From Takakia lepidozioides (taxonomy: Eukaryota; Plantae; Bryophyta): DNA of 64,000 nt. The notes below the pieces were generated by a model. That model was not told where the DNA came from. It worked only from the letters and a program-made list of their open reading frames with translations, and searched no databases. A program made the position numbers and the translations under genes. The DNA is taken from positions 29,078,001 through 29,142,000 of the forward strand of contig CM060731.1 of assembly GCA_030704615.1 (NCBI GenBank), read 5' to 3'. Positions 37,415 through 49,224 of this stretch are shown piece after piece (position 1 is the stretch's first letter; every line of letters starts with the position of its first letter).

Positions 37415-40400
37415 ATGTCGCAGAACTTTTCTACCTCGTCACGGCAGGTTAGGGTCCCTAATGATACGACAATGAGGCATTCAGGGGTGAACGAGGGTGC
37501 CATGTTCGCTCATCACATGGCGGAGCGGCCAGCACCTTTGGTCCATGCTTCTCCTCCTGCTCGTCCTCCTCCCTCTGACTCTCCAGGTAAGGCGACCGCT
37601 GCGACTATGCCTACCAAAAGATCTGGCTGTGTTGGCGAATTGGGTGTCTTTCTCTCTCCTCGTTACTGCTTCCTGTCCACCCTTTCTTGTGCTTACACGT
37701 CTGCTAGTGCGTCCTTAGATGTATGTGAGAGCTGCCTTGAAGCTGAACTTGCTTTTCATGTGCAGATAATTTGGACTCCGAGCTTTGGCATGCATGTGCT
37801 GGTCCCCTCACGTCGCTGCCACCCGTGAACAGTATTGTCATGTACTGGCCGCAAGGGCATATTGAACAGGTGACGTTTGAACGCGTTACTAGTTGTGGAC
37901 TTGGAGCGGTTCGTTCTGTGTCTGTCTCACCGCCAAATTGTTGGTGTTCACACTCCCATAGTTGTTCACCGTCGAGTTAGTCTGAGTAGTTTTGTCATAA
38001 ACGCGTTCGATTTCATTTGTGGCAGGTGTAGTTCTACTTTCGGCTTTTGTCAGTAACACTGATGCTTTCATTGCTGACAGGTTGCGGCATGTACGACTCA
38101 ATCAGTGGTGGATGAGCTTCCTAAATACAGTTTACCCCCGCACATTGTCTGTCGACTCGTCGAGAATACACTGAGTGTAAGTGAATACACCATATGTTCT
38201 GTTGTCTTTTTCCCATCAAATATATTTACAGGATTTTGTTCTCACAGCAATCTGGGTCAAGATGTATTCTTTGTATTAATCACATTTCATCGTTACTAAC
38301 GGAGTTTCGAACTGTCCGAGTGTTGCTTTGCAGGCGGATCCAGATAGCGATGAGGTTTTTGCCCAGATGACCCTGAATCCTGTGCCTGAGGTATATCTTC
38401 AACTGAGGATACTCCTCTCATCTGTGCTCTCTGGGATTTCATGACTGGTGATAGGTTTGCTTGGAAGTCGTTTGAGTTGCTATGTCCAGGATTTCACTCG
38501 GTGTCATGTTGTGGTGTTACAGGGAGATGTAGCTTCATGGTCGGAAGAGCCTCCAGCAGTTCCCAAGAGGAACTTGCACATGTTTTGTAAAACTCTGACT
38601 GCAAGTGATACCAGCACACATGGAGGGTTCTCTGTTCCAAGGCGCGCAGCGGAAGACTGTCTGCCCCAGCTTGTGAGCTATTCAACCCCCGATAGCATCT
38701 TGTTGATGTCATTTTAGTCACTGAAATTGTCGGTGCAAAGATGCATGGAAACTAGTTTTAGTATCATGGCATGTGACTATCCGAGTGTAACATGTGCCTG
38801 AAATGTGATCTTTCCTGCATGCTGTTGTTCAGGATTACACAATGAATCCACCATGTCAAGAGCTGGTGGCAAAGGACTTGCATGGAGTTGAGTGGAAATT
38901 CCGTCACATTTACCGAGGTATCAGACAATTTCTGTCACTGACACAACCTAGTTAAAACGTGTGTATACCTGTTATCTTCACTGCGTATGTGTGGCTGGTT
39001 CTGTACTGAAGTTGGAGCTGGTACGCCATGGAAAAACCCCAGGAAGAGACTTTCCTCAGCTCATATTCTGAGAGTAGTGGGGGATGTCTCTTGAGCTCCT
39101 ATCTGGACTGGGAAGACTGAACAGTGTGATGTGTGAAGTGTGTATTGGAGCACTCAGCCCAGAACATTTGCACACAGAAAGTTCTAACGCGAACATGGTA
39201 TGTGGATGTATGACCATGGTGCAGGCCATCCACGAAGGCATCTTCTTACCACAGGCTGGAGTGTGTTTGTGAGCACCAAAAAACTAGTAGCAGGGGACTC
39301 TGTCCTTTTTCTAAGGTACATGAGTCTCCATTGTCTTCTTTCAGAGTCCTTGTCGTTGATGGCCCGTAGTCCCTTGTGCGAAGTTGGGAATGTAACTTGT
39401 TGCGGGGATATATCACATTCTGAAGTTGTGTTTCAAGTCAAGGTGGGGGTTTAAGAGGCTCCGGTGGTTTGAGAAGTACTGATGAATGCTTCTGTTGACA
39501 GGGGGGAGAATGGACATCTGAGATTAGGGGTAAGGCGTGCAGCCAAACAGCAGCAGAATCGGTCATCTTACTTTTCCAGCCAAAGTATGCACCTCGGTGT
39601 GCTTGCTGCTGCTTCGCATGCTGCCAGAGAAAAACTTCGGTTCAGTGTCATCTACAATCCAAGGTGCGTCTTCTTTGCATTCTATCTGACCTGGCATCAT
39701 CCACTTGAAGACAATCTGTCACGCATGTTCTGGATTACCTGTGCAGAGTTGGGTGCACAGTTCATACTTCTTGTCAGTATTCTACGGCCAATGCTAGCAA
39801 ACGCTTTGACTTCTCTTGTGTAGTTGGTTTCTTTGTTCTCATGGAAAGTAGCTGAGCTTTGAAAGCAGGAGCAAGATCTTGCTACTGGAGAATCAATTCC
39901 TGAAGTGCGATAGCAGATTTGGCATCTGAGGGGCTTTGAACAGCTCATTTCAAGTGGGCCTTTTTGTTTGAACCACAGCAGTGTTCGTGTCAGAATTATG
40001 TATGTGCACCTGTGTGGTGTGTGTCTTTCAGGACAAGCCCTTCAGAGTTTGTCATCCCTTATCACAAGTGTGTGAAGGCCATCAACAACCCCCTCACAGT
40101 GGGAATGCGATTCAAAATGAGATTTGAGACAGAAGACTCATCAGAGAGAAGGTCCGGTAGATTCCACTCTCTTGATTCTTTAGGCAAACATATTTGAAGG
40201 CTGGAGCTTTTATTGGGTGACCCTCCCTGGTGTAACGCCACATCGTTCATGGAAGTTCTCCCTTGTTCTGATAAATGTTTCCTGGGTATAAAATATTATG
40301 AGGTGCCTTATAACCAAGCTATGATTACGAAGTATGGAAACTAGGGTATGAATGTAAGGCTTGTCGCTTAACATATCTTCGCAGACAATATTGCAGGTAT

Positions 40401-42721
40401 GCAGGGACTATCACCAGCGTCGGTGATGTTGATGCAGCCAGATGGCCGAAGTCATCATGGCGTTCACTTAAGGTACTTTGAGTGCTCTATAACTTATAGT
40501 CGTGGCATAGATAAACTCCCGGTTCTGTCTCAATTAAATTGTGTTTATTTTTGGTGTTTTCTGTTCATTATTAGAAGTTCAAGTTCTAAATATTTACTTA
40601 TGAGGGTGATATGGTAGGTTGGTTGGGATGAATCTGCGGCTAGTGAAAGGCACGAAAGGGTTTCACCTTGGGAGATCGAACCATTTATTGCTCCAACAAC
40701 CATGGCCCCTACTCCTTTGGGACCCCGACTAAAGCGCCGACCTTCTCTGCTGACAGAAGTTTCTCCCCTTGGTATGCATATTACTACTCTGTACACTGCT
40801 TTTTGTAGACATCCATCCTGCTGTTTGAGTTTCTTGGAAGTTACTATTTTGTGGCCCTCCCGCTCATTTGCCACCTACAATGCCATAAACTTGTGATAAA
40901 AAAGCCTTAACTCTGGTGGTACATTGGTGCAGGAGCAAGAAGTGCGCAGGACTTTCAATCAAATAAATTATCAAGAGTATTACAAGGCCATGTACCTCTG
41001 GACTTGGGTATGTGTGGAGGGGACGACGAGGAAGCGGCATCATCCAGGCCTCCAAGCTGGCTGGTTAAGAGTGAAGATGGTTATAAACGTGAAGGGGTGT
41101 CTCGAAGTAGGGGAGACGGTTGGACAACTTCGCACCGGCCTGAGAATGGTCATGTTTCAGAGATGCTCCTGAGACAGATTCATCAAGAACGGCAGGAGAA
41201 ACCCCAGCTTGATGACTTGGCCACCTCCCTTCAGCTTAGTCCTGTGCCACTGGCATCATACATGAGGCCCCATCCTCTGGGTGAGGCAGGTTTGAATCTT
41301 TCTTACAGTAGTCACATTGTAACAGAGCCATCAAGCAACAAATTGCAGTGGCAGTCGCTTACTGGATCCTCGCAACAGCCTTCCTTGCAGGATTCTTTAC
41401 CTAGTTGGTTCACATTAGCAAATGAATCAGCATCTTCATCTCGTCCAGTGGTTGGAATGCCTGAGCGGTCACTGCCCATCAATCAAACTCAGATGGAGAA
41501 AGGTTTGCTTGGTCTGCAAGGACACTCTTTGTCAGTAGGTGTCTGCCCCAAACAGCCAGAGCTGCAGCAGGTCTGCACACCCAGCCCGCAGGTGGAGCAA
41601 GACTGCAAGATATTTGGGTTCACCTTGACAAACAAGCGGACATGGCCGGTCTCCAGTCCCCAGACCACTCAAGGTGAGGATTCTGAAAGCTCAGGGCATT
41701 GCCCAGTGGCAGAAATAGCTAAGCCTTCTACCTATGGCAGCTTGGGGACAGGAGCATCACTTGTCATGGTTGAGCAAGAGATAATCACACCAAATATCTG
41801 GAGGCAGTACTGTTGGTGGCCAGGACAGGTTTTCAAATGGAGGAGCTCAAAGCTGGATACGGCCTGTACGAAGTTACACAAAAGTGAGGACAACAACAAT
41901 ATCTTGCTATTTAGTGTAATTTGGTGTTTTTCTTGATCTCCAAGCCTTCAATAGGTGTTGAGTGAAGGTCATTGACCTTGAGCACCTTGTTCTGATGGTA
42001 AGATGTCGAACCATCTGAATTATTTGTACTACTGTGGGATATTGTGTATGGAGTACTGTCATCTCAATGTGCCTCAGGTGTACAAGCAAGGCAAGCCGGG
42101 GCGCTCCATAGATCTATCCAGGTATGAAAACTATGACGAGCTAAGGCGTGGTCTTACAACGTTGTTCAACTTGGAAGGGCAGCTGGATGACCTCGAGAAG
42201 GGCTGGCAAGTGGTCTATACAGACCATGAAGATGATGTCCTCCTTGTGGGGGATGATCCGTGGGTGTAAGTACATTACCTGACCCCATTTGACCATCTAC
42301 CCATGCATATTTCTTGTAGCTATTGACCCACAGGGAATCGTACGTGAGATTGTGCTTGAAACCTCACCTTCTGCACCTGGGTCAGTGAGTTAGGAGGATT
42401 AATTGTGCCCTGCTGTCTCCTTCCCTGTGGTTTTGCGTATCTCTGTGTCTGTAGTTGAGGAATGTGGTAAGCAGGAGTTTGTTTAATCTTCCTTGTTACC
42501 TGGGTAGTAATTTCTGAAGCTATAGAAGGTGGGCTGTGTTCAACAGTGAATTTTGCAGTTGCGTCCGCAGCCTGAAGATACTGTCACCAGCAGAGGTGGC
42601 TGGACACGATGTGGGGAAAAGAGGATATGGAAGCTCTGATGATGGAAGGGATAGTTGTAGGCCCCTTGATGTCCAAGAGTCCACATCACCCTCAATGCCA
42701 ATGGACCATATATGTGATTGA
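37415..42721 (+). CDS. ARF: Auxin response factor, class B (repressor type). Exons approx. 37415-37586, 37766-37869, 38081-38176, 38334-38390, 38523-38672, 38833-38917, 39225-39315, 39502-39663, 40032-40151, 40397-40472, 40618-40771, 40933-41883 (or 41828), 42078-42265, 42547-42721
   Basis: [21 protein letters not shown]; B3 domain [41 protein letters not shown]; ARF domain [38 protein letters not shown]; CKIFGF repression motif; PB1 [30 protein letters not shown]. Confidence 0.95.
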
Positions 42722-43499
42722 CAAGCGTAGGCTGGATAGGTAGGTCTTTTGTGGTTTTTTTAAAACATTTTGACTATGCCTACAGTCTGCCAGCTTCCAC
42801 TGCTGAAGGGTGTCTGACTCCTGAGAGTGGGATGCATTTTCTGACTGGGCATTAGCCAGTGGAGAAGCCCCTTTTGTTCTGGGAGTTTGTTTAGCTTTGT
42901 TTGACAGCCTCCAGAGATCTCAAAAGGGCTAGTGTATAAACCTGTGAAAGTGGGTTGACGTGCAATTGCATGGCAACCTTGTGCCATTTGTAAGTCAAGC
43001 TTTGTGTTTCATCAATTTTGGGAAGGTTGACTGGAGGAAGCACACCTTTACTGGACATCCAGGTATTCTAGAGGTGACGCATTGTAGTACCTGAGTGTGG
43101 GTGAGGGAAACGGTATGTAACACATGCATTTCCTCACTTGGGTAAATAGTTGGATTCAAGGTGAGAGTCAGATGTTAATCATGGTACTACCCTCGGTTTT
43201 CAGTGACTAGTCATAACAATGAAGTGCATTGGGATAAAACTTGATAATCCCATTTTTGGAGGAGCTGTAAGCATCTTCCAGCCGCCAGACCTCGCCTGCT
43301 TTGATACTTTTTGGTGACATTTGTGAGTTCTGAGTTGTTGGTGTTGTTCCTCCTACCTTGGTTTTGCTTGCAATGTTGTCGAGGGCGGTTCAGTTCTCCG
43401 AAGCCATGTACACATTTGCCCCCAAGCTCAAACCTCAACCCTTTCCAAGGTGAAATTCTAGATTCAGATTGTCGAGTTGGAGAATGGAATTTCCAATGT

Positions 43500-45580
43500 T
43501 GGATGGGTCGGGCTGGGTATCGACTAGTGTGTTAAAAAACCGACCCGCTGGTATCTACTTTTGTAAGACTAGGGTTAAGGAACCTCTGGTATTGGCATGG
43601 TAGTGGTCAATAGCTAGTACCCTACCTAGGCTGGTATTGTCAAAAATCAATATCGAGGCAATACCCGCAGTATTCAAACTACAAACAAGGACTATGCAGC
43701 CGGTATTAGTATCAACCAGCGCGGCAGGTGCAGATCCAGCCTGCTCTTTATTGGCTCCTCCCTGAGGAGACCCTGCATGGATTGTTTTCTCCCGGTGTAC
43801 CTCCCATCTTTCCCAAATAAATAGCCATTTTTAACACACTCGAGATTCTCATTTGCTATTGTTACCCATTCATTCCTAACTTGGTTAATGCTTTAATTTC
43901 ATTATATTCAGTTCCCTTCAGATTTATCACCTCAATTCTATTATACTTAGTTCCGATTTTCAAATTCATCCCTTGAGCTCTATTATGTTCACTCTCTCAA
44001 TTTTATCACAATAACTTCCATTATATTCAGTTCCTTTCAAGTTTATCACTTTGAATTCCAATATATTTAGTTCTCTTCAGATTTATCCATCGAATTCCAT
44101 CACATTCAATTTCATCTTTCATATTTGTTCTTTGCATTTAATGTATTATTATTATTTTCTATCGAGGTATAAGCACAAAAGATTTGAATTCATATTTCAA
44201 ATTGATTTTTTAATTGTTATCCTCAGGGATTATTCTCACGGCTGATGGTTTCAATTTGTGTTTTAAGTATTTAAAAACCAATCAATAAAATCAGGACCGC
44301 CAGCGGTAGTTTTCCATTATAGTAATTAGGGTGGAGCCATTACGCGACTAGCCGTTTGTTATTTCACCCAAACATGTCATACCTTGAGAACCTTGTTTCC
44401 TTGATCAAGATTTTTTTTTTTTTAATCCATATATGATGGAGGTTGGGTAGCATGTGAGCATGTTTACGCGAGCAAACTATAATATTCTATAGATTCTCGA
44501 ATATCCTGTGAATATGCTACCGCTCACGCCACTCAAATTCAAAACTACTGAAAATTTTGTGCTCACGCGAAACTATCTTTTTCATTTTAGATTTGGTTTT
44601 TTATTTGATATTCTCTTTTGAAATTATTTTGCAAACGAAAGTGTTTGTGCTCGCGCGAGCACAGATTTTGAATTAGTTTCGCTGGCAAAATATTGCTATT
44701 TATAGTTTTATAATATTAAACCCAGTGGTTTGTTACTAAATATATATGCAGTGCAAAGGGCTTTTGCAACATGTTTATTTTCTTTTGGAAACCATGTATA
44801 TTTATAACTTGGCCTCATAACCAAAGCTGCCACTTAAATTAAATTAAATTGTTCATATGTTTATACCAGTGTTGGACTTGTATCACGAAAATATGATACC
44901 AGACTGGTCCTGGTATCACAAGGGCCCACATTTCCCAATACTGGTATGGTCCTGGTATTGGGGATAAGGGGGCGGGTAGGGTATAGGAGGGGTATCAATA
45001 ACATAAAATTGTGGATGTATATCAGTAGGGTATCAATATTTGTTTTTCCCATCTCATATGGGGGAAATATGAATATTTTGCCCGGGTATGTAGATGAAAT
45101 ATTTAGTATATTCAAGAAAATATTCAATGACCTGAGAAGAAGAATTGACCTTCACAATGGATCACAATTACAACACAATGCACATACAAAATACATTTCT
45201 CATACACATTGCACATTACAAAAATATACCATACCATATCTATTTTTGCACATTGCACATGAGTATAAAGCAGATGCCATAAAAGCAATAAATGCCCTTG
45301 AATTCCCTTGCTCTAACTCCACACATACACCTACGCGCCTTTGGAGGCTCACATAGCAGCAATACTGGTATCAATACCAATCTTGTCCGTCGCTATTCCA
45401 GACAGCTATGGTATATACCATAGTATAGAGCAAGATATATATTGCCCCTAGTATGGTATTGCCCGGGTATTGGCCACCCTACCTACCAGCCGGGTATGGT
45501 ATTACCTACCCAAGTTGATATCAGTATTGATACCCGGGTCGGACCTATATACCGGTCCAACATTGGTTTATACCTGGGTA
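43500..45580. repeat. Non-autonomous DNA-TE-like sequence rich in GGTAT/ATACC motifs (43500-43715 and 44860-45580) with AT-rich inserts
   Basis: Dense ggtat/atacc motifs in both orientations. No TIR or TSD defined. Confidence 0.35.
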
Positions 45581-45654
45581 TATAATACTTTTGATGTACC
45601 ATTTCATTTCTATATCTTTGGTATTACAGCATCTTGTTCTTTCTTCTGCAACGA

Positions 45655-45859
45655 CCAAGTTGTAGCCTAGTGGTAATGGGCACATACCACCTCGGAAGTG
45701 GTTGTGGGTTCAATCCACCGATTGGTGTCACAAAGATGTCCACCTTCCTAGTGGAAGGCAGTAATCCTTCGGGGTGAAGAGACACCATAATTTACACTTC
45801 CTTGGGGAGGCGTCAAATATATTCTTCTTCTTCTGTTTTTTTTTTTTTTTTTTTTTTTT
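45655..45859 (+). mobile_element. tRNA-derived SINE, family A
   Basis: Box A TAGCCTAGTGG (45663), box B GGTTCAATCC (45707), second copy at 33478-33631, followed by (TTC)n/poly-T. Confidence 0.78.
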
Positions 45860-46169
45860 CAAAAGAGAAACACTTGGGAGCGACAGCTCACAAATCAGGC
45901 CCCTTGATAGTGAGAGGAGAAAATAACCTCTTTCACAGTAACCTCACCGTGAAGGCTTTCCGATGCGACACCTGCACAAGGAAGGGGGAGAAGAGCGTAC
46001 CACACCCGTCAAAATAGCAGGATTTGACCCCAGAATCATTTGGGTGGCGCTCAGTGTACTTACCAACTGAGCTACTGACTGTTGGTTGCTTCTTCTTCTC
46101 AAGATCAAAACCCATGGACTATACTAGGGCATCGCGTTGCTCCACACTAGTAGTGACAAATTCTGAGAA

Positions 46170-46419
46170 CTACATTCAACCCGGTTGGCAGAGAGAGTGC
46201 AATATCCAATGGGAGAGCGGAAGTAGCCACCAATGCTTGCAATCTCCGTTGCTCAGCCATACACAAGCCAATGACCCATGTCAAGCAATTGAGATCCATT
46301 GCCTGACCCAACACCTGGCGTCGTAATGCCTCTGACAGAGCTGGCACAACTATAGTGCCCGTGGCAAATCCCATTGCCCGCTCTCGCTCATCCGCATTGG
46401 GCTCCACCAATTGTTGTAG
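46170..46419 (-). pseudogene. Second C5 DNA methyltransferase fragment (motifs IX-X)
   Basis: LQQLVEPNADERERAMGFATGT..LSEALRRQVLGQAMDLNCLTWVIGLCMAEQRRL, paralogous to 18675-18860. Confidence 0.88.
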
Positions 46420-47288
46420 GGGGGGTCTATTCCAGTCTTATGAAAAGATGGACTGCATTGTGCTCTGAAACATGATGCGGTTTTGGATTGTGAATGTTCA
46501 AGTTTTATTAAAAAGGTATATTACATTTTTTTCCCTTCAATAATCCCAATAAAGCTCTCAAGGGCTTCCTCTCCTTTTCCTGTTTTAAAAATAGTTGCAT
46601 AAAAAATTGCTTTTGTTTTGGATTCATCAAGCAATTTTGGATTATGAATGTTGTTTAGGAAACTTCTACTTGATTCAAGCATCCTCGAAAGGAAGTTGGC
46701 CTTTCAGGGAGAAGTGACCCCATAGGTTGCGCAAGAGTTGGTTTTTTCTGACAGCCAAAAAAATTCAAGGCGAAATCATTACTGACCATCATTCGCCATA
46801 GTGTTAGCATTGAATTTTTGTTGGGATAATTGGAGGGAAAATTAAAAATTAAAATGCTCATTCGAGCCATGAGTCATATACACTGAAACAGTGAAGGACA
46901 AATCCCCGCAATCGGGCAAAGCAAAGAGCATGACATCAATAGCAACACTACGAGTTCCAAACAAAGACCTTGTTGATCTTGCTCAAGGATCATTCATCTC
47001 GTAGTTGTGGGTTGATGGTGGGTAGGTATGTGCATCCCTGCGAAGACATGTACAGTGATGCAACAGACTGTATTCCGACCAATGCAAGAGATGCCACCAT
47101 CTGACAGTGTGGTGGGGAGATCTACGCACGTGCGCCCGAAAAAAGATTTAAGATGAGTGTGATTGACATAGCTCTCTAACTTAATCTCTATCCACCTTGG
47201 GGGACTGCCAGCTGACTATATCTTGATTGTTTGGACCCATGTGTTGAGTATAGGGCTACGGTCGCAGATCAAATGAGCCTGCTTGACT

Positions 47289-47315
47289 GAGAGAGAGAGA
47301 GAGAGAGAGAGAGAG
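47289..47315. repeat. (GA)n microsatellite
   Basis: Pure GA run. Confidence 0.95.
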
Positions 47316-47352
47316 CGTTGCCTTATCATTTCACATCATGCGATTTGTTCAA

Positions 47353-47665
47353 TCAAGCACCACAGGCTCGACCAAGGAACATGTACGCCCCCTTGCCAAC
47401 CTCAATACAAGATCGACCTGGCTCCTTTCTGACACCCCTGACCTTCATCATGTTTCTCACCTTTGCAGTATCATCCCACCTGCCACCTGCAGCATAGATG
47501 TTTGATAGCAATACATCGTGTTCATCCCACGTGAGGATAGATGTTGCCGCACGTTCAACAATCTCCACATTGCCATGGATTCTGCAGGCACCAAGCAAGG
47601 CCTTCCGCACCACAGCATCTGGATTGATTGGCATTTTATTAATCAGGTCCGCAGCAGGCAAGTGG
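47353..47665 (-). pseudogene. PPR E-domain fragment
   Basis: MPINPDAVV.KALLGACRIHGNVEI.ERAA..VLLSNIYAAGGRWDD.AKVR.MMK.RGVRKEPG.S.IEV. Confidence 0.9.
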
Positions 47666-47669
47666 GGAG

Positions 47670-47787
47670 ATGGATGAAAAGGCCCTCGAAACACACTTGG
47701 AGACCAAGCAGCAAGTGATGCTTGATTCTTTGTGGAAGCTCAATGTGGCTGACATTGAGAGTACTCTCTCCCATGTTTGCCAATCGG
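47670..47787 (+). pseudogene. DnaJ X-domain exon fragment
   Basis: MLDSLWKLNVADIESTLSHVCQ followed by a GTATGG donor-like site. Confidence 0.75.
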
Positions 47788-47859
47788 TATGGTGGGTGCA
47801 TGAGGACACACTTGATTTATGTCAAAAGTACAAAATTAAAGTACCTTGGCAACCTCCCG

Positions 47860-48910
47860 AAGCACGGAGTGGGTTGCTCGATTGAAGTCTGCTAAGGGCA
47901 CCAACGGGGGGCAGGCCCATTAAGAGTCGCAATTGGGAGCGAGAGACTTGCTTGTTCTCATTGAGAACGACAATCATATTCGAGTCTAAGTAACCGGCAT
48001 TGTTCATTGCTTCATATGCTTGCCCGGCTGTCATAGACCCATCCAATAACAGATATTACATTGTTATTCCTTCCTTCAAGATCTCGCACCACACCCATAC
48101 CTACAAGATATACCAGCCCCGAGTGAATCCATACATCCAACTCACAGGCTTCAAAGGCTTTTGGAACAACATGCACGGGCAGTAAACATGTGAGTACAGA
48201 ACAAAGTTCTAGGATGCAACCTTTGGATGAATCTTTTGATTCCCAAATCTTTAGGGCAAGTCAACAATTTTTCATTTACCTTGTAAAACTTGGTTAATTT
48301 AGACTTTACTCCTGACAATCATGTAGTGGGCTCCAGAATGAGAACCGAGATGTCTGCATGTGTCAGTTTCAACTGTATCCTTGGTGCGATGACACTGCTG
48401 CCTCAGCCCCATGAACAGTCACAACCCCCCCTTCTCTCTTTCTCTATTGGACATAATCCATACCACAAATTGAGATGCAATTGTTCTCACCTAAACCAGC
48501 AGATATGCTGGTTGAAATGTGACCAGCCCAAAGGGATCATATTCACTCTCAGAACGCTTTGTGAAGCCTGACAGACCATCAGTTTGTCGTAATGTGAGCT
48601 TCTTGACCGTCTCCCCGTCAGAATCTTGTGTGGATACGCCTACACCAATTTAAGTGCAACCACCATAAGTCCCAGATGCCAAACTGATTCATCCTGCGAT
48701 TATTCAAAAGACAAAAAGGCATTTGAGCATTTCCAATGCTTTAAGCCAAGTGAAGAAAAGGAGACATACCTCATGGCCAACATCCCACAAAATCTTGTGA
48801 CAGTGAGGTCCACCACCCAAGCTGGAACCTAGGTGACCACCTATCCTTGCGACTGTAAAGATTGTCTCAAATATCAACTCATCTGAAAGCTGCCTCAACT
48901 CCTGAAACGA
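47860..48910 (-). pseudogene. DXS: 1-deoxy-D-xylulose-5-phosphate synthase fragment (N-terminal exons with introns, frameshifted)
   Basis: [18 protein letters not shown]; ILWDVGH; [33 protein letters not shown]; [33 protein letters not shown]; PPVGALS. Confidence 0.9.
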
Positions 48911-49224
48911 AGGTACCACAATCCCACATTATATTTGCCCTGGCTCTAGAAGTGCCAAACAAGATGATTCTACTTCAGGCCCAAGCCAAAACGGAGTTCC
49001 TTGACAAATGATCACGCTTCTATAGCATGAAAACTGACAAGAAAATTGTTCTTCAGGCAACCAAGTGAAATCCGGCCCTCTTGGATGAATCTGGACCTTT
49101 ATCCCTGGTCCTTTAGCTAGCCCCGCCTATGTACAAATCATGAATTGTTACATGTTTCTGGATACTTTCATGTTGTCACATTGGCAATATCATGTCAAGT
49201 CACTCCAAACTATCAAGGGTTCAC

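Noticed and set aside
47860-48910. Functional DXS gene
   Set aside because: Only N-terminal exons are present, with deletions and frameshifts, fused to unrelated fragments.
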